Of a stretch of DNA of 64,000 nucleotides, positions 59,447-64,000 are shown one piece after another (within the stretch, counting starts at the first letter, position 1; every line of letters begins with the position of its first letter). Made by a program: the position numbers and the translations under genes. The notes beneath the pieces are model-generated. The model saw only the letters and a list, made by a program, of their open reading frames with translations, searched no databases and was not told the DNA's origin. This stretch comes from Phycisphaerae bacterium (GTDB lineage: Bacteria > Planctomycetota > Phycisphaerae > FEN-1346 > JAACEH01), in NCBI GenBank assembly GCA_012729015.1, contig JAAYDY010000113.1, positions 12,206-76,205 on the forward strand. Direction: 5' to 3'.

Positions 59447-60262
59447 ATGAATCCAGCGGTGCGAATGTGGGACCTCACCGTGCGTGCAGGCACGACCTTG
59501 TGCTGCGCGCTGATACTGTGCGCCGCGACCCTCGCCGCCGGCGATGCTCCTTCGGCCGACCAGCCCGCCGTCGCCACCCCGTCCACGGGCGGCGCCGCGA
59601 CGCCCGCCGTGCCCTCGGCCACTTCGGCGGCCGCCGACGCCGCTCAAGCTCAGTCGTCCGCCGACACGCGCCCCGACATCCCGGCACGCAGCGATCCGGC
59701 GGACCCGACCCTCGACCTTGAGAAGAACCTCATCGGCGGTCACGCCGGCGACGCCGACCAGGGCGACGCCTCGTCGTGGCTGTCGTTTGTCGGTCCCCTG
59801 GTCGCCGTCCTTGGCGTCATGGCCCTGGTTCTTTGGGCCGCCAGGAAGTTCGTTCCCGGCATGCGGCGGATGGGCGGCTCCGGCGTCGTTCGCGTGCTCG
59901 CCCGGACGCACCTGTCGCCCCGGCAGAGCATCGTTCTCGTCAAGGTCGGTGCACGCATCCTCGTGGTCGGCCAGACCGCCGATCAGATCTCCCGACTCGA
60001 TTCCATCACCGACGGCGACGAGGTGTCGCACCTGCTCGGTCAGTGTCACGGTCGCGGAACCGACAGCCCCTCGGACGCTTTCCAGGGCGTCCTGAGCGAC
60101 GCGGACCGCGACTTCGCCGTCGCCGACGACGCAACGCAGGATGCCGTAGACGTGACCGGCGATCAGGACCGTTCCGCCGCCGAACCCGAGCTGGGACGCG
60201 TGCGGAGCCAGTTGGACGAATTGGCCCGGAAGGTCAGGGAGGTTGCCGGGTTGCGACGTTAG
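59447..60262 (+). CDS. fliO: Flagellar biosynthesis protein FliO/FliZ
   Basis: A signal/TM segment, a second TM (LVAVLGVMALVLWAARKF) and the conserved VRVLARTHLSPRQSIVLVKVGARILVVG motif are present. Confidence 0.7.
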   Translation: MNPAVRMWDLTVRAGTTLCCALILCAATLAAGDAPSADQPAVATPSTGGAATPAVPSATSAAADAAQAQSSADTRPDIPARSDPADPTLDLEKNLIGGHAGDADQGDASSWLSFVGPLVAVLGVMALVLWAARKFVPGMRRMGGSGVVRVLARTHLSPRQSIVLVKVGARILVVGQTADQISRLDSITDGDEVSHLLGQCHGRGTDSPSDAFQGVLSDADRDFAVADDATQDAVDVTGDQDRSAAEPELGRVRSQLDELARKVREVAGLRR

Positions 60263-60278
60263 AATCCAGGAGCACAGC

Positions 60279-61088
60279 ATGACGGTGAAGTGGGCGAAGT
60301 GGGCAGCAGTGGCCGTGGCCGTGGCGATCGTCGCGACGGCGTCTCATGCTGCGCTGGCACAGACGTCCGCCCCCGCGCAGCCCCTCGATAACACGCTCAT
60401 CCCCGACCTCACCGAGCACCTCAAGCCCGCCCAGACACGCGAGAGCCTCTCCGGAAGCCTCCAGATTCTCCTGCTCCTGACCGTCCTGTCGCTGGCTCCC
60501 TCGATCCTCATCCTGATGACCAGCTTCACGCGCATCGTCATCGTCCTGTCGCTCCTGCGACAGGCCATGGCCACCCAGCAGTTGCCGCCCAACCAGGTTC
60601 TCATCGGCCTGGCCCTGCTCATGACATTCATGATCATGGGCCCAGTCTGGCACGACGTCAACCAGAACGCCCTTCAACCGTACCTCGACGGCAAACTCTC
60701 CCAGAAGGAGGCCCTGGCCGTCGCCGCCGTGCCCGTCCGGAGCTTCATGATCCGCCAGATCGAAACCGCCGGCAACCTGGCCGACGTGCGGCTCTTCCTC
60801 GACTACGCCGGACTCGACTCCGCCGAGCGATGGGAAGACGTTCCCTTCACCGTCCTCGTCCCGGCCTTCGTCACCAGCGAGCTGAAGACCGCCTTCCTCA
60901 TGGGATTCAAGCTCTATCTGCCCTTCCTCATCATCGACATGGTCGTTTCCAGCGTGCTCATCTCCATGGGCATGCTCATGCTGCCGCCGGTGCTGATCTC
61001 CATGCCGTTCAAGCTCCTGCTCTTCGTGCTTGTCAACGGTTGGCACCTCGTCATCGGCAGCCTTCTGAAGAGTTTTGCACCGATATGA
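60279..61088 (+). CDS. fliP: Flagellar export apparatus protein FliP
   Basis: The start is set at MTVKWAKW (signal peptide). The conserved motif is LLTVLSLAPSILILMTSFTRIVIVLSLLRQAMATQQLPPNQVLIGLALLMTFMIMGPV. Confidence 0.9.
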   Translation: MTVKWAKWAAVAVAVAIVATASHAALAQTSAPAQPLDNTLIPDLTEHLKPAQTRESLSGSLQILLLLTVLSLAPSILILMTSFTRIVIVLSLLRQAMATQQLPPNQVLIGLALLMTFMIMGPVWHDVNQNALQPYLDGKLSQKEALAVAAVPVRSFMIRQIETAGNLADVRLFLDYAGLDSAERWEDVPFTVLVPAFVTSELKTAFLMGFKLYLPFLIIDMVVSSVLISMGMLMLPPVLISMPFKLLLFVLVNGWHLVIGSLLKSFAPI

Positions 61089-61179
61089 CGCCGGCCGCGC
61101 CGGCGGCGGACCGCGGCGCGGCGACGGCGAAGACGGCAGGGCAGGGCACGCACGGCACAGAACAGAGGACTGCGACACA

Positions 61180-61437
61180 ATGACTCCCGAACAGGCCATC
61201 GATATCGGACGCGAAGCGCTCGTCGTGATGCTCGTCATCAGCGCGCCGATCCTGCTGCTCGGCATGGTCGTCGGCCTTGTCATCAGCATTCTCCAGGCCG
61301 TCACCCAGGTCCAGGAGCAAACCCTGTCGTTCGTGCCCAAGATCATCGTCATGGGCCTGGCCGTCGCCCTCTTTATGCCGTGGATCATCAGCAAACTGCT
61401 TCACTTCAGCGAGGACATGTTCAGTCTGGCTTTCTGA
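61180..61437 (+). CDS. fliQ: Flagellar export apparatus protein FliQ
   Basis: The start is reset to MTPEQAIDIGREAL. The 85-aa two-TM protein matches FliQ. Confidence 0.85.
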   Translation: MTPEQAIDIGREALVVMLVISAPILLLGMVVGLVISILQAVTQVQEQTLSFVPKIIVMGLAVALFMPWIISKLLHFSEDMFSLAF

Positions 61438-61456
61438 CGCAAGGCAAGACGCACCT

Positions 61457-62239
61457 ATGTTCGAACTGGCCGACATCATCACCTGGCTTCCCGCTTTCGC
61501 GCTCGTCCTCATGCGCGTCGGCGGCATGATGCTCAGCGCGCCGCTGTTCAGCTCGACCACCATCCCCGTGCGCATCAGGGCCATCCTCGTCGCCGCGATC
61601 GCCGTCGTGGTCTTCCCGATCGTGCGGCCCGACATGCAGCACCTGCCGCCCACGCTCCTGGGCACGGCCGTCGCCGCCGGGGCCGAAATGATCATCGGAC
61701 TCACCGTCGGCCTGGCCGTCAACCTCCTCTTCGTCGGACTCCAGATGGGTGCCTCCCTCATCGCGCAGCAGATGGGACTCGGCCTGGCTCGCATCTTCAA
61801 CCCCGCCATGATGGAAGAGGACGACCTCCTGGCCGCCTTCTACGTCCTCGTCGCCACCGCCCTCATGCTCGCCATGAACGGACACCACCTCATCATCAGC
61901 GCCGTGCTCGACAGCTTCCGCGCGCTGCCGCCCATGACCGTTACCATGCAGCCCGAACTGCTCGACACCGTCCGCGGACTCCTCCTCAGCAGCTTCGTCA
62001 TCGCCCTGAAGGTGTCCGTCCCGGTCGTCGTCGTGCTCTTCCTCGTCAGTCTGCTCATGGGGTTCCTGGGCAAGACCGTGCCGCAACTGAACATCCTCGT
62101 CGTCGGCTTCCCCCTGCGCATCGGCGTCGGCCTGCTGACGATGGTGGCAACCTTTGGCATTACGCTCGTGGTCTTCAGCCGCGGGTATCGAGACACCGTG
62201 GACGCCCTGGCCGGCATGATCGGCCGCCTTGGCGCGTGA
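61457..62239 (+). CDS. fliR: Flagellar export apparatus protein FliR
   Basis: The start is reset to MFELADIITWLPAFALVLMRVGGMMLSAPLF, which is consensus-like for FliR. Confidence 0.85.
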   Translation: MFELADIITWLPAFALVLMRVGGMMLSAPLFSSTTIPVRIRAILVAAIAVVVFPIVRPDMQHLPPTLLGTAVAAGAEMIIGLTVGLAVNLLFVGLQMGASLIAQQMGLGLARIFNPAMMEEDDLLAAFYVLVATALMLAMNGHHLIISAVLDSFRALPPMTVTMQPELLDTVRGLLLSSFVIALKVSVPVVVVLFLVSLLMGFLGKTVPQLNILVVGFPLRIGVGLLTMVATFGITLVVFSRGYRDTVDALAGMIGRLGA

Positions 62240-62304
62240 ACGCCGCCGACGTGCGGCAACCTGTGGCGCGGGCCCGACGGCCCTCGCGATGATCGGACGA
62301 AACG

Positions 62305-63387
62305 ATGGCTGACGAAAGCTTCGGCGAGAAAACAGAAGCCCCAACCTCGCGACGCATCGAAGAGGCACGCGAACGTGGCCAGGTGCCGCGCTCCGTGGAC
62401 CTTACGGCCGCGATCATTCTCCTGGCCTCCATGGCTGCGCTCTACTTCGCCGGCGGACCCATCGGTGGGTCCATGCTCAGGACCATGCAGGACATGCTCG
62501 CCTTCGAGAACGCCGGCCTCATGGACGCCCAGGACGTCCTCGCCGAGTTCGCCCACTCCGCCTACTACTTCGTCGTCACCGTCGCGCCGGTCATCCTGAC
62601 CATCGCCGTCGTCGCCGTCCTGGCCAACATCGTCCAGAGCGGCATCGTCTTCTCCGGCCACCCCCTCGAACCGTCGCTGGACAAACTGAACCCCATCACC
62701 GGCTTCGGACGCATCTTCTCCGGCAGGGCCCTGGCCCGGCTTGCCGGCAACCTCCTGAAGCTGGCCGGCCTGACCTGGGTCGCCTGGGTCGCCATCCGCG
62801 GCGACTTCGACCGCATCGTCGCCCTGTCCGACATGCCCGTCGCACAGATGTTCCACAACGGCGGCGAGGTCGTCGTCTCCCTCGGTTTCAAGCTCGGCCT
62901 CATCCTCCTGGTCATCGCCGTCCTCGACTACATGTACCAGCGGTGGCAGTTCCTCGAAGACCTCAAGATGACCAAGCAGGAGGTCCGCGAGGAAATGAAA
63001 CGCATGGAAGGCGACCCCCTGATCCGCGAGCAACGACGCCACATTCAGCGGCAACTGGCCATGCAGCGCATGAGCGCCGCCGTGCCCAAGGCCGACGCCA
63101 TCATCACCAACCCGACGCATTTCGCCATCGCCGTCCGCTACGACGCCGAGACGATGGCCGCGCCGCAGGTCGTCGCCAAAGGCGCCGACCTCATGGCCAA
63201 ACGAATCCGCGAAATCGCCATGGAGCACGGCGTCCCGATCGTCGAGAAGCCGGCCCTGGCGCGAGCGCTCTACAAAGCCGTTGAGGTGGGACACGAAATC
63301 CCCCTCGAGTTCTATCAGGCGGTCGCCGAGGTCCTGGCCTTCGTGTACCGCATCAGTGGTCGGCACTTTGCCCGCTCGGCGACGTAG
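62305..63387 (+). CDS. flhB: Flagellar export apparatus protein FlhB
   Basis: The N-terminus is MADESFGEKTEAPTSRRIEEARERGQVPRS. The NPTH autocleavage site is present as IITNPTHFAIAVRY. Confidence 0.9.
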   Translation: MADESFGEKTEAPTSRRIEEARERGQVPRSVDLTAAIILLASMAALYFAGGPIGGSMLRTMQDMLAFENAGLMDAQDVLAEFAHSAYYFVVTVAPVILTIAVVAVLANIVQSGIVFSGHPLEPSLDKLNPITGFGRIFSGRALARLAGNLLKLAGLTWVAWVAIRGDFDRIVALSDMPVAQMFHNGGEVVVSLGFKLGLILLVIAVLDYMYQRWQFLEDLKMTKQEVREEMKRMEGDPLIREQRRHIQRQLAMQRMSAAVPKADAIITNPTHFAIAVRYDAETMAAPQVVAKGADLMAKRIREIAMEHGVPIVEKPALARALYKAVEVGHEIPLEFYQAVAEVLAFVYRISGRHFARSAT

Positions 63388-63467
63388 CCCGGCGGTCCGT
63401 CTCACGCGCGTTCGATGGTGAACGCATCCCGCAAGGACGCGGGCGGCTCTGACGAGGAAGCTTCCGA

Positions 63468-64000
63468 ATGGCTCAAGACCTGGCTGCCGCTCAGAACGGT
63501 CCTCTGGCTTTCATCGCCAGGCATCGCGGCATCATCCTGCCGCTGGCCGTCATCGGCCTGATCCTCGTTATCGTTGTGCCCCTGCCGCCGTGGATGCTCG
63601 ACATCCTCCTGGCCTGCAACATCACCCTCAGCATCACCGTCCTGCTGACCACGTTGTACGTCAACAAGCCGCTGGACTTCAGCGTCTTCCCGAGCCTGCT
63701 GCTCGCCCTGACGCTCTTCCGACTGGTCCTGAACGTCGCCTCGACGCGACTGATTCTGACCATCCCCGACCGCGCCTCCGATGCCTCCGCCGCCGGAGAC
63801 GCCGCCGGCAAGGTCATCGAAGCCTTCGCCCAGTTCGTCGCCGGCGGCAATCTCGCCGTCGGCGTCATCGTCTTCGCGATCCTCGTCATTATCCAGTTCG
63901 TCGTCATCACCAAGGGCGCCACGCGCATCAGCGAAGTCGCCGCGCGGTTCACCCTCGACGGCATGCCCGGCAAGCAAATGGCCATCGACGCCGACCTCAA
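63468..64000 (+). CDS. flhA: Flagellar export apparatus protein FlhA (N-terminal part; continues beyond window)
   Basis: [60 protein letters not shown] and the FHIPEP motif region are present. Confidence 0.85.
   Translation, partial: MAQDLAAAQNGPLAFIARHRGIILPLAVIGLILVIVVPLPPWMLDILLACNITLSITVLLTTLYVNKPLDFSVFPSLLLALTLFRLVLNVASTRLILTIPDRASDASAAGDAAGKVIEAFAQFVAGGNLAVGVIVFAILVIIQFVVITKGATRISEVAARFTLDGMPGKQMAIDADL

Overview
This is a 64 kb high-GC (roughly 65-70% by eye) bacterial chromosomal segment. The Planctomycetota assignment is a guess from a PEP-CTERM protein, many TPR proteins, Lys-rich protein tails and a Firmicute/Spirochaete-style flagellar operon.

The left third (1-15 kb) is all minus strand: a radical-SAM/SPASM enzyme truncated by the window edge, a YebC regulator, a 1029-aa secreted TPR protein, hisG, an EndoIII-like glycosylase, the rbfA / DUF503 / infB / nusA operon, an orphan MalK-like ABC ATPase, a rhomboid protease and a cyclophilin-like protein.

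The middle (15-35 kb) holds nadA, a three-gene pseudopilin operon, a secreted PKD-domain esterase, YihY, a sugar-catabolic pair (Zn-dependent alcohol dehydrogenase plus bifunctional class II aldolase/short-chain dehydrogenase), tex, the cob(I)alamin adenosyltransferase, an NfeD-flotillin operon, a PIG-L deacetylase and a PEP-CTERM protein.

A tRNA-Pro(TGG) at 35872-35949 is followed by a 3.3 kb accessory island that is poor in genes and rich in hairpin repeats. This island carries the most unusual feature: a visibly lower-GC cassette of a 67-aa ORF plus an SDH/S49-family Clp-fold serine protease with a histone-H1-like Lys-rich tail. The cassette is bracketed by tandem copies of the two halves of a split 20-bp palindrome.

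From 39.3 kb to the window end, all plus strand: a MerR regulator, a membrane TPR protein, a FlgN-like protein, a cytoplasmic histidine kinase and a sigma-54 activator, followed by a sigma-54-type promoter. Then comes a continuous flagellar cluster: flgBC, fliEFGHIJ, an MgtE_N protein, fliK, flgDE, flbD, motAB, fliL, fliN, fliOPQR, flhB and flhA. fliM and cheY are absent from their usual positions.

Several dispersed GC-rich hairpin (REP-like) repeat families and one roughly 187-bp tandem repeat occupy the larger intergenic regions. No CRISPR array, integrase or transposase was found.
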